Below are positions 40,390 through 52,592 of a stretch of DNA of 64,000 nt, piece after piece (position 1 is the stretch's first letter; every line of letters starts with the position of its first letter). A program made the translations under genes and the position numbers. The DNA lies in assembly GCA_009103225.1 (NCBI GenBank), contig RHPI01001965.1, positions 77,114 to 141,113 on the forward strand, in the 5' to 3' direction. The stretch is from Chlorokybus atmophyticus. Lineage: Eukaryota > Plantae > Mesostigma and Chlorokybus algae. The notes under the pieces are model-generated. The model was not told the DNA's origin and made no database searches. It saw only the letters and a program-made list of their open reading frames with translations.

Positions 40390-42611
40390 CCACAATCATT
40401 TGCATTGCGAAACTTGTGTAGGCATGCATGTCTGTTGCGTCGACCGTGATTCCTTAAGATCACACATCCTTTACCAAAATCTCTTGCGCATGCACAATCA
40501 CCTCTGTACCTCATGTTTAAGCTTACTCTGTAGCATCCTTGCACTCAGCCACCTGAGTTTCATCTAAGTTGGTGTCCTGTACGATCATGTACTGATGGGT
40601 CAACATGTATTAAAACATCACTCCACGGTTATTAATGACAAACGCAGTGTTTTTACGCGTACACGTGTCCAGCATTTTACATGGTTGCAATCCGCCCAAC
40701 TTGTATGGGAGATTGCACCTTCACCCCAGTATCTAACAATTTGTGCAAATATAAACATAAGTGCAATACATGACATAGGGAGCTCCAAGTTCAACTCCAA
40801 GGTGCAAAAGTTTTGCATCTTGGAGGTATGTAAGCTGCGGCGAATCTTAGTAGTAGTCTATGCATCTATCCTTTGGAAATCGGAGGCGGGGACCTCTCCG
40901 CCTCAACCTTCTCCACCAACCCAGACATGCATTTCAACAATCTTGCAATTTTCTGGACCGTGGCCTCTTTGTCATGTGCATACAACCAGACCTGGCACCC
41001 AGTGCACCGCACACCAACCTGTCATAGTGTACACAACATGTACACAAGCTGACCTAACATACCACAACACTCACCTTCTCTTTGAACTTCCCCTAAAGGC
41101 AGCACAGCGTCTAAGCGCTGCCGCCCCGCCCTACTGTATCCCCTTGCGGTAGGGCGGGACAGACTCTCACACTTAAAAGTTCGCGCATGACATTTGTTGT
41201 CAAGCGCAGGTGAGGGTGGGGCCCGCAACCCTAGCGGGTTCTCAAGAAAGCGCACTGCAACGCACTGTGCTTGATGAGTGAAGGAGTTGGTGTTGGGTCC
41301 ACGTGCTTGAATGAGTAAACATGCTTAATATGGACCTATGAATGCATGTATGTGCATGAGCGTTTGTGTACGCACGTGTATACAATGCGTTAGTGCGCGC
41401 ATGCGTGCACACACATGACACTTGAACATGTCTTCATGCACGCGCGCAAGTGTGTGTGCGTGTGTGCATGTGTGCGTGCGTATGTGCATGCACTGCACAA
41501 ATACCTTGACGGATAACGGGTATGGGTGTGCTTAACATCATACGAGTAACACTGCACATCAACGCGCGCGCACACACACAACTGCTTGCAGATAACTTAG
41601 TGATGTAAAGTCCGCATTAGATATTCATCACCCCGATGGCGTGCCCGCCGCTGAGAGCAGTCATCAGCACAAAGCCTTCAAGCTTCAAAACGTTCAATCT
41701 TTTGCAAATGTATCATCTTAACGGGCTTATTTTCTATAACCGAAGTCACTTAGCGGCGGTGGATTACAACACTCAAATATGCGTACATGTTGAGGCTCAC
41801 AACGTGTACCGCATACTACAATGCATGTTATGACATGCACTGCAGCAGAATTACTTATGCTTTCACCCAGCACATCGTGCATACGGCAAGTCTGCTGAAG
41901 TCGTACTTCAGTGACTCATGTGCAACCGCTGCAGTGTCTAAATCTCACTTGCACCTCACGTAAGCTCTTAAAAGTGCATAGTCTTCAAGATAGTGGGCAC
42001 CATGTGCGAACTGGACGTTGAAACTCTAAAAAAGGATAAGCTCTAAATGGGGAACGTCGATAATTTACAACGATTCAATTTGCTGACGGATAACGGCAGA
42101 CCAAGTGCTGCTGTCAGCAGCATCTGGTCCGTACATTCACTTAGCAATCTGGCGCGTCTCTACAATGCGCCGTATGGCTCAGTACATATGGCGCATTGTA
42201 GCGCATTGTACTGAGCAAGACACAGATACACTAACAGGAGGCTGAGTAATCTAGCGCGCCTCATAGATGCGCTAGATTACAAGGTACACATACAATCCCC
42301 GCAAAGCACAGCAGCTTTGTCAGTGCTGTGTAGATTGCCGCCTGCATGTGCGGCTATGCAGCATTAATAAGCAGCATTGTGCCAAGTATGCTCGAGTGTA
42401 CTCCTTGCCAATCGTGTCAGCTGCTCAGGTCTATCACATGGCGGCGCAAGATATACTCACAGCCACACGCAAGAACTGAACACGTCTGCTTAGTAAGCAG
42501 CTAAGAGAAGCGTACGTAAGCCAGATTACTGTTATCATGACAACACCACCAACACGGAGTCATATGCAGCCATCTTTTGCTTTCCTCTACTCCATTGTTG
42601 CCTTTTTCAAC

Positions 42612-43027
42612 ATGGCCTCTGCTGTGGTGGTATTACTGCTGTTGTTGTCCTCCTTTGCATCGCAGGCAGCGGCGGCCTCCCTGACATACAAACACTACCT
42701 GAAGAGGCAGCACTATTGCCCTCAGTTCCCATGCATTGTTGCGGACGTGATCAAGGAGGCAACCAGAAGGGTGAGTTGAAGCGTGGGTTGAAGTGTTGTA
42801 AGTCTCTCATGCATGCACATACTTGGTTGTATGGTAAGTTGACTATGTGATAGGACCGTATTGCTGCGCCGGGGCTGCTCAGAGCCTTCTTCCATGACTG
42901 CTTCGTACGCGGGTGCGATGCATCCCTCCTGCTGGACCCCGTGGCGGGTAATATTCGAGCTTAAAATACGCATTGTGCACATCTAACAGGCTCTGTATGC
43001 AATCATTGCCATTTAGGTGCTTGAGGC

Positions 43028-43078
<51 letters not shown>

Positions 43079-43131
43079 NNNNNNNNNNNNNNNNNNNNNN
43101 NNNNNNNNNNNNNNNNNNNNNNNNNNNNNNN

Positions 43132-43214
<83 letters not shown>

Positions 43215-44323
43215 TTGCAGGCCAGCCACCAAATGAGAAGCAGTCCATTTTCAATCTCAGCATCCGGAGGCTGGAGTTGGTGGATGAGATAAAGACCCGA
43301 CTAGAGCAGGTACCCACATTGCACCCGCACACACCCACAGCATGCACTACACACCGCATGCACGAACTCAACATACCCACACACCCTCTCTCTGTTGCCT
43401 TACAGGCTTGTCCAGGGAAGGTCTCCTGTGCGGATATCCTAGCGCAGGCTGCTGTTGAGGCTGTACACAGAGTGGGTGGCCCGAAGATATCGCTGCGAAT
43501 GGGTCGGCTTGACGGCAACGTATCCCTTGCGGACGACGTGCTGCGCTTCCTCCCTTCGCCTTTTTTCAACACCGACCAACTCATCGCCACCTTTGAGGCT
43601 GTTGGACTGGGGGCTGACGATGTTGTGCCTCTTAGTGGCGGGCACACCTTTGGAGAAGTGAGTCAGTATGTGTCTTGTTGGTGACTATGTTCATGTGCGC
43701 GGTTGTCTGCCTTGGTTACATGTGAGGCACGAGACAACTTTTGTGTTGAGCATATGCATGGTGTTATATTGCTGACTCAGTACAAGTCAAACAAGAAGTA
43801 CTTGTGGCTTAAGTATTTGTCCATGTCAATCCTCACATCCCATGCGTGTGGTTATAGACACATTGCGTAGCGGTGAGGCCTAGGTTGGACGCTCCAGGCG
43901 GGGACCCGGCATTGACCCCGAGTCACGCCGCTTTCTTGGAGCAGACGTTCCCGGACCCAACATGCGGCGGCGGGAACCCGTTTGCGCCAGGGGGCCCAGC
44001 TGTAAACCTTGACAACATCACAAGCGACCGGTTTGATGGGGGCTACTTCAAGGGCATACGCAACGGCCGCACAGCAATGCGCTCGGATGCGGCATTGCTC
44101 GAAGGACAGTTGAAAGACCAGGTGACTTCTGCGTAATGTAATGTGCAATGGTTTACTTCTGTCTACGGTGCTTAACTTGGTTTGTTGGTAGGTGCTGTTG
44201 TACGCGCGTGACCGAGCTGCCTTTTTCACCAATTTCACCAGATCCTTGCGGCGTATGAGCAAGCTGGGGGTGAAGCTTGGGGAAGAGGGTGAGATTCGCA
44301 CCAACTGCAGGAGGGTGAACTGA
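42612..44323 (+). CDS. Class III (plant secretory, HRP-like) haem peroxidase
   Basis: Six exons (42612-42770, 42854-42947, 43221-43309, 43406-43657, 43858-44121, 44192-44323). Signal peptide [22 protein letters not shown]; distal [21 protein letters not shown]; [13 protein letters not shown]; proximal LSGGHTFG; C-terminal [11 protein letters not shown]; all eight canonical Cys present. Confidence 0.96.
43031..43212. repeat. (CT)n microsatellite with an internal N gap (43079-43131), in peroxidase intron 2
   Basis: Direct reading of the sequence. Confidence 0.98.
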
Positions 44324-44709
44324 ACCCGTACTGCGTACACACACCATTCATAACGCATTCTCAACTTCGTTGATCAACTGGATAGCTAAGCTAGCTACGT
44401 GTTGCTGACTGCAGACATTAATCTTCCTATGTGAGCCATTGTGTGATGCATAGGTTATGTTTACGCCGATGTTGGGTACTATTATATGCATGATATTACT
44501 GCGCATGCGATGCACAGCAAGTCATGCACAGCAAAAGCATGCAATATAATTGTAGTAGCGCGTGGAGCTGTTAACACGTGCAAACTTGTGCACAGTGCCC
44601 TTACCAACGCAAAAACCTGCATCAGACTGATACACATGTACATTGTCTTTGCTATTCACACTCAAGCACACTGATGCAAAAATTCCTTGCAAATCATCAC
44701 TTCACAACC

Positions 44710-47700
44710 CTATGGCACACGGCCCCAACCCTCATGCTCATCTGCATAAAATGCAGCATCACGCTGTCTTCGAATATCCTCACTATAGGTGAAGTCGTTA
44801 TCTTCATCACCCTCAGCCCTGTCCTCGCCAACTTGCCACCCAGATTCCCCACCTTCTTCTTGCTCCTATAGGTTTACAGTTAAACAACTACCTTTGCTAT
44901 GCTGGGTTGCAATACATGTTTAGACCTTACCTCACGTGTCTGAGCAGGGGATATTGCCTCCGGCACGCGGTAGTAAGCCTGCAAGCAGTCCAAAAAGGTT
45001 GAGAGGAAAGCACTAATGTTGACATACAAACACAAAGAGACTTAGTTACCAACCTGGCATGTTCTTGAGGGTGCAAACACGTTGAATGAGTTCGGTCTGT
45101 TGTTAAAGTTGGTCTCGGCAACACCAGGGACACCCTCAGGCTGCGTAAAGTGGTCTTCATCATGTGCAACCTGAACAGAGGAGAAGTGCTTCATCAATTT
45201 GGTTTAGACTTCGATGTAGCATAGCAAAGCAGCACACATGTCGCACGCCACTAGCACACGTGTCCCACTCACCCTGCCCTGGCCGCCGAAGTCATAGGCG
45301 TCACTATCGAGCGCAACTCTATACCGCCCGGGCATGTCACACCCAACCTTATAATCGCGATGATCCCGAGTCGGGTGGAAGTTGAACACAAACACGAGAG
45401 GGCCGCGCTCAAACACAATCACCTGCCCGGCGGGTGTGAGTATGTTAACAACTTTCTATTGTATCAAGGCAAGCTGCGTGTCCAACAAGCGACAACCATC
45501 ATGATCTTCCATGTTACCTTGTCTTCTTCATGTGCGCTGGACACAAGTTGCCAGTCGGAGGCCAAGAAGTTGTACTCATCGTCCAGTGCTTGCATGGCTT
45601 GATCAAAGGCTTCCATGAACTGCACACATGTAACAGCATGAGGACAAAGTAAGTTGAGCTGTGACTAAGCGTGAAGAGACCTTGTAGCGGAGGTGATCGG
45701 AATCGGCAAGGTCAAAGCGACGGCGGCACTTGTCGTAACTCCAGTTGTTGCCTTCGCGCGGGAAGTCCATCCACTCAGGATGCCCAAACTGTGGCACACG
45801 ACCTCTTTCACACAACTGCTCTCAACAGGTCTGTCCAGCACGATCGCACACCAACACGCTCGGATGCATGCATACCTCGTTGCCCATGAAGTTGAGGTAA
45901 CCTTCTCCCCCAAGTGCCATAGTAATCAACCGTATCATCTGTAACAATGAGTGTGAGCAGAGTCTGTCGCGTTATCATCATCACACAGGGCACTGCTGAC
46001 CTTGTGCAGGGCGATGCCGCGTTCCACTATAACTGAAGGTGGCGAAAGCGCGCTCATGCCAAAGTACATCTCCTGGTCCATCAGCCAGAAGGCGATAGTC
46101 TTGTCTCCAACGAGGCCTTGGTCATGGCTCTCAGAGTAGGCAACGCACTTCTCGGTGTAGCGGCGGTTGCAGAGCGTTGCTATAATCTCATGCATGCTCC
46201 ACTCTTCGTCCTTGCGGTGCTTCAACAGCTGTATCCACTTGTCCGGGGTGGCCATGGCGAGTCGGTAGTCAAAGCCGACCCCGCCTTCGCGCACCGGACG
46301 GCACAGCGCGGGCATGCCGCTCACGTCCTCCGCGACAGTGAGAGCGTTTGGATACAAGCTGTGGAGCATATCGTTGGCCAACATGAGGTAGACAATGGCA
46401 TCCACGTCTGTAGCAACGCCAAAGTACTCGTGGTACCCGCCCGAGAACCCCATCTGCAAATGCACATGTGAGCAATATAGCACCTCTCTCACCATCATGT
46501 TACTTTCCAAGGTACTCACGTTGATCCCGTGGTGATGATACAGCATGCTCGTCACGCCATCAAAGCGGAACCCGTCAAACTTGTACTCCTCCATGTACCA
46601 TCGTAGGTTGGAGAGCAGGTACCTCTTGACCTGAAAAGAAGGTCAGCACAACTGCTGTGTTGTAGTTGTGTTCGTTCACCAAAGTTGACAACGAACCTCC
46701 CAGTTGCCGTAGTTGTAAATGCGCGAATCCCACAACGTGTGGTACCCCGCTGCGCCCTGCCGGAAGTAACTCGCCTCCTCGCCCTGCCCGAAGTCGAACC
46801 CGTTCAACCCGTCATTCGCGTTGTTGCTACCATGGACAGAAACTCACACAGTGAGAGACATGTGTTGACAAGTGTTGAACCAATAGACCGTAACACCACT
46901 CGCACCTGGCATGAGAGTGCACAACGTCCATCAGCACCATTATCCCGAGCCTGTGCGCCTCATCTACAAGAAACTTAGGAAAATAGAGCAAAGAGGTTTT
47001 GGTTGGAACCGTGTGGATACCGACACACCATTGGCAACACAGACTCGCGCACTTTGAGGTCTTCGGGGGTGCCTGAGCGTGAGCTGATGGCGAACGGGCT
47101 GGTGACGTGGTAGCCGAAGGAGGCGTAGTAGGAGTGCTCCATGACGGCCATGAGCTGGATGGCATTGTAGCCGAGGCGCTTTACGCGTGGGAGCACGTCA
47201 CGTGCAAACTCCCTGTATGTTGCCACCCGCGGCTCTGGGGATGACATCCCCACATGTGATTCGTATACGCGCAGCGCCCCTGGCTTCCCAGGCCTCTCAT
47301 GCTTGAACTCGTACCTGCGCACAGTGATCAAGCTGATGAGACCTCCTGGCTAGTTGCTTGGCATGCTCTGAGTGAGCATGATCCTATTGCAGAACAACGA
47401 TTGAAGGCTATGTGACTGCACGTGTTGAAACTTATGTTCCAGCTGATTGGCCACTCAGCCCATCATCTTGCATATGCCACTCATTTCATCGCTTAGTTGA
47501 TGTAGTCATAAGTCACGCATGCGTTGCCCTCACTTTTCGTGCTCGGGTGGCTGCCAGAAGATGCCATCATATAGAGCTCCCATGACGCCCGGCTCAGCCG
47601 CAGCGCGCTTGATCCAGGCCGGCACGCGATCAACGTAACCGCCATCGGGCCGCTGCAGCCTGACCTTCACGCGCGACCCATGCGGGATCGCCATGGCTCC

Positions 47701-48579
47701 ATTACGGTCCTCCAAACGTGTGCTCCAGACACCAAAGGCGTCGCGGGAAAGCTGAGTGGCGTTCGGGTCCCAGCCGTTGAAGTCGCCAATCAGACTCGCT
47801 GACCTGCATGGGGGTGGGCAAGCGTAAGGAGGATTGAATGCAACAACAAGTTCACACACAGACACATGCATGCACACGCACATACACACACCAATGAGAG
47901 AGTGCGAATTGAAGGAGTCACTATTGCTTACTGCGCGGCGGGGGCCCATTCGCGGTAGGTTATGCCACCAGACTCACGATGGAATCCAAACTTCTCGTAA
48001 CCTGCACGCATTGCAGATTGTGACGACGTTAAGTTAATACTGTCATAAGGGATAGACATCCCGCAGGCACATAACTCCCTCAGCATGCCAACAGATCAGG
48101 CATTAAGTGGGTCAATAAACACGCGCATCTGAGACAAGTGTGTGTTCCGTCATGAGGCACGTGCCACTTATTGCAACCGTTGCCGTAAAGGAATGCATGA
48201 AACCAACAGCACAATGCTTGTAATTGCATGCCATGCAAGTACGCACATTGCTTGTGATTACATGCATTGCACCTCTGGAGAAATGTTCTAGGCCGCCCTC
48301 ATGCTCCTCGATCTCTCGCTTGGCGCGCGTGTAGGCCTGCCAGCGGTAGCGGAAGTGGTCGGCGTGGGGGGCCAGCTGCGGGTCCACCGCCACTACGCCT
48401 AGACCCTCCTCCTCGTGCAACTGCTTCTGCTGCACCTCTGCCTCCTGCAGTGATGATGATGCCGACGCCATGCACCGCACATGCGCCACGTGCCGCTGCA
48501 TGGGATTGGTGTGTGAGTGGGTGCGTGTGGGTGGGTGCTTGCATGCGGGTGCGCGCGTCATCATCATTGCCAATGTCAT
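44710..48579 (-). CDS. SBE1: Starch branching enzyme, SBEI-like (GH13_8)
   Basis: [112 protein letters not shown]. The 5' end is uncertain because 48507-48579 may be intron, with further exons upstream. Confidence 0.95.
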
Positions 48580-50064
48580 GTTGGGTCAAGTTGGTTTGCT
48601 TACAATGTTACCTTTGGCGTGTGGTGTGCTTGTCTATTCCTGTCGCCAGAGAAAACTCGAGAATGAGAGAGCAAGCGGGCTTCAGTGTTCTGCAGGTGTG
48701 CGTAACAGAGGTAGAGAGTAGCTGAGACAATGCATTTGCATGCTCAAGCTGCCAAGCAGTCAGTGACCTGCCCTCAACAGCGCGAGCACCAGTGCTGTGC
48801 ATGCAAGGGAACAACATGACATGCGCCCATTGCATCGTTGAGATTCTGAAGCAGCAAAACTCAACTGAGCACTGCCACCTGGTACAATGCATGCACCTGC
48901 ATGCATTGTGAGATGGTAAACACCAATGCAAGCATGGATGCACTGACAGCAACTTGACAATCACTCGAACGCTACTCAATGGTATAAGTGGCGGCTTCCG
49001 GCGACAGCTAGGACAACTAAAATAGCAACGAGGCGGAGCAGAAGAACGAGGCTACTGACCACAAGCATGCGTTGGTGGGGAGCATCGCCGGAATAAACAC
49101 AAGCTGCAGTCGCCGGCGCTGGCCGCAGATCCCGGCTGCTTTGACACTTTGCTTGGTCTCTTCGGACGCCTAGGTGAGCGGACACCGCCGCGGCGGCGCT
49201 CATGACGGCGACGACGCCGATAACAACGTCAATCTCGTCGCTGAGCAGTCAGCTAACTGCGGTAAGCTCAGATCCTCCGTTTGGTCAGCAACTGTTGTTG
49301 CAAGCTCTAACCAAAATATCTAACTGCGTTGAACGACCTGCTGACTGGACCGGTGCGTTAGCGTTAATGAAAGCGTTGTTGTGAGGTGTTAGCCGGGAAA
49401 GGAAGCTTATTTGTGCCACAACGCTTGCACCAACTGCTGACGCTGGCGCCCACGTTGGTTTTGTCGTTGTTGTCAGCGGCAGCGGCATTGTCGGCGGCAT
49501 TGGCGAAGCGGGTGGAGTCCTTCTCAGCGTGCAAGCTGGGAGGGGAAAGAGAGGCACATTGTGCTCTAGGCATGTTCAGCTATGCTCGCGGTGGCGTCCG
49601 CGCTGTCAATTCGGCTGCTGCGACCGTCAAGCCTTTGCGTGGGCGGACTGTCAAGGCAGCAACCCAGAACATGTAACGCTACTTGTGCAAGTTAACTTGA
49701 CTTCCATTGGTATCCCTATCAGCATGCAATAGCCTTGAGCCATGTATAGGTTACATCAACTTGCTCGCGTCACACGTGCGCTTTGTCAAGCAACAGTTGC
49801 ACTGTTGCAGTCATTGACTGCAACGGAAGCAGTCAATGACTAGACGTAACTAATTCATCATCTCCCCCCCTCCCCCCCAAGCTGGTGTGACATTGTTAAC
49901 TTTCCGCAATTTCAGATCCAAATCCCACTCGCTGAGTCACTCACGTTTACTCGTTCGCCCTTACTCATTGATTCGTATCACCCAAGGTTTCACCTCAACA
50001 AGCCAAGCAGCCAGTCAGTCAGTGCCCCGAACAGAGGCTGCGAGCCAACAGCGCAACAACAAGA

Positions 50065-51687
50065 ATGTTGTGGACGCCCACAAGCACGCCAACAATGGTG
50101 ATGGCAGCAGCGGCGCTGAGACCCAGACTATCACACGCACACCAGGTACTGCTGCGAAACGGCTACCAGCAGTCAAGCAGCAGACCACATCTCTTATCAC
50201 GGTAACAGGAAATGGTCAGACGTTTGCTGTGAATGTGTGTTATTGTCAAACAAGAACTATTGTCAACCTGTTGTGGTTGTGGGTAGGTGACAAAGCCTCT
50301 TCCGCGGGTACTGCTTCTCCACACAGGTGGCACTCTCGGCATGGACCCGCAGGCAAGTGCCATGCTGAGTGATTACATGCATGCCTAACGACAAACTCAC
50401 ATGCCCATTCAGGCCTCGTTCCTTACGGACGATGGAGGTGTCGCTGGCGACAACGGTGTCACGGCTAGCGGGGCCCATGAGCAGCTTCGGCTGCGGGAAG
50501 GCACTGGCGGCAAGTTCAAGCGGCAGTTGCAGGTCAAGCTTCAAGAATTGACTAAGCTGAGGCCAGTATCTGATGTGACCAATTGAAGACTGAGTACACT
50601 TTTGTCTTTGCAGCCAGGTAGCCTCCTTCAGGACATACTGACAGCGGTTCCGCAGCTGCGAGCGTTTGCAAACCTTGACGTGGAAGTGGTCTTCAACAGG
50701 GACAGCTGTGCGTGAGACATCACGCATGCATGCACTTCAGTTTCACAAGTAGTGCTGTCTTACGCATGCCAGCACAGGCAGGGTGGGGCCGCCGGAGTGG
50801 GTGAAACTCGCGAAGCTCCTACATGCGCGCCGCGACACCTACGACGCCTTTCTGGTGGTTCATGGGACGGACACAATGGCCTTCACTGCCGCCGCCCTCT
50901 CTCTCATGGTGCGACATGTTGTAGGTTGATGTGTAAGGCCAGAGATTTACGCAAGCCAACAGATCCCACACATGTATTGCACAATGATTATGAGTCAAAA
51001 GCAGCATCACAGTAGCTGTAGCTATTGTTACTGTTCTGAACAACCACAGCTGATGGTACAATGTCTTTTTCCAGCTGCCAGGCTTTCGGAAGCCCGTTGT
51101 GCTCACAGGTAAGTAAGCGCTCAATCAAGTAGTCCCCCCTTCATTTGTATGTTCCAAGTCTGCAATCCTGATAGGGTCTCAGCTGCCCCTGGCCGAGCCG
51201 CGGTCAGATGCTCGCCAGAACCTCATTGACAGCATTACGTGCGCCACGGCTCAGAACGTCCCATTCCAGGTGAGGAGAAAAACCATGTGGTATCTGTTAG
51301 ACTGTTTGCGTGACTGAGTTGATTGCTTCCATGTCAATGTCAGTAGGAGGTGGCGGTATGTTTTGGGGGTCTGCTGATGAGAGGTAACCGAGCACAAAAG
51401 ACCCATGCGAGCCACTACCAAGCCTTCTCCTCGCCCAACTTCTCCCCTCTTGCACAACTCGGTGTTGATGTAAGAACATTGATGTGCAAAGGTATCAACA
51501 GCCACAACCCAAACACACTCTGCTCATGAAGGTTGAATGGAACGCGGATGCGTTGATGAAGCATGGAGGTGTATACCGACCCCGCTTCAAGCTTGACCCT
51601 CGTGTGCTTCGCATACCCATTGTCCCCGGCTCTGACCCAAGGTACACAAGCCTCATGTTGTTACCCACATGCTTTACATCATCATCA

Positions 51688-51722
<35 letters not shown>

Positions 51723-52308
51723 ACATCATCAATAACATACAACAGGTTGGCGTATGGTGATGTGTACGGGCGCGGGGTGCGCGGCGTGGTGCTGGAGGCC
51801 TTTGGCGTGGGCAACATGCCAGACACCACAGAGCACGGGTGGATTCCATGGCTGCGTTCGCAGCGCAAGCAAGGCCTCCAGGCGCGTGAGCGTTCTTGAC
51901 TGGTTGCTGGTAGTGAGAGTTAACACTGACACACACACATGCAGATGAGTCGAATTTGTTGTGCACAGGTGTATCTCACTTCACAATGTAAAGGTGGCAC
52001 GCTGCATCCGGAGCTTTATAGGAGCGGCAGCATTGCGCTCGAGATGGGTGTTGAGTCTGCTCAGCCTCAGGTGCGCACAGTCCATATGTCCGTTGCGTCA
52101 ACTGCGCACAACACAACTGCAATCACAACACAACCACCTTCGTTAGGGGGGGCTTTGTTGTATGCTTGGACACAGCCTAGTTTGTCACAGTTGACATCAA
52201 ACCAAAGTTGTTGCGCAGATGACACCGGAGTGTGCATCTGTCAAGATGATGCTGTGCTTGTCATACCCTGATATCCCCTTGGCCCAGCCGCTCGCTGGCG
52301 AGTTGTGA
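50065..52308 (+). CDS. L-asparaginase, bacterial type I (AnsA-like)
   Basis: RVLLLHTGGTLGM, FNRDS, LVVHGTDTMAFTAAALS, KPVVLTG|SQLPL...DARQNL, LMRGNRAQK, VVLEAFGVGN, VYLTSQC, MTPECASVK; stop at 52308. Upstream exons at 49202-49261 and from 49570 may extend the N-terminus. Confidence 0.93.
51677..51732. repeat. (CAT)n microsatellite in an asparaginase intron
   Basis: Direct reading of the sequence. Confidence 0.95.
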
Positions 52309-52360
52309 ATAAATATATGTCATATGCAACAGGTAGACCATGTATGACAGTAATGTTGAA

Positions 52361-52592
52361 CAAAAGCAACCTAGGTTGCTTTGGTTCTCCACAATGCAGG
52401 CCAGGTGACAACTGAACCGAATGCTTGGTGACTTGCTATGCAGTCAGCGTAAGCACTTACTGCTTTTAGTGTACTACAAAAGCAACCTAGGTTGCTTTGG
52501 TTCTCCACAATGCAGGCCAGGTGACAACTGAACCGAATGCTTGGTGACTTGCTATGCAGTCAGCGTAAGCACTTACTGCTTTTAGTGTACTA
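52361..52592. repeat. Perfect 116-bp tandem duplication beginning with a 20-bp palindrome
   Basis: 52361-52476 is identical to 52477-52592 by eye; the palindrome aaagcaacctaggttgcttt is at 52363-52382 and in the second copy. Confidence 0.95.

Noticed and set aside
41086-41240. Telomerase RNA, SRP RNA, RNase P/MRP, hammerhead or HDV ribozyme identity for the structured island
   Set aside because: There is no template of 1.5 telomeric repeats (only ccctaaag and aaccctag), no Pol III USE/TATA or terminal T-run, and no recognisable catalytic or SRP consensus.
48976-49203. 75-aa minus-strand ORF with a hydrophobic tail whose ATG overlaps a plus-strand ATG at 49202
   Set aside because: It has no recognisable homology and lies in the GC-rich divergent SBE/asparaginase promoter-UTR region, so it cannot be supported as a gene.
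3242-52308. Possible metabolic gene cluster (aminotransferase, PDC, carrier, transporter, SBE, asparaginase)
   Set aside because: These genes are interspersed with unrelated chromatin, flagellar and translation quality-control genes, have mixed orientation, and share no single pathway.
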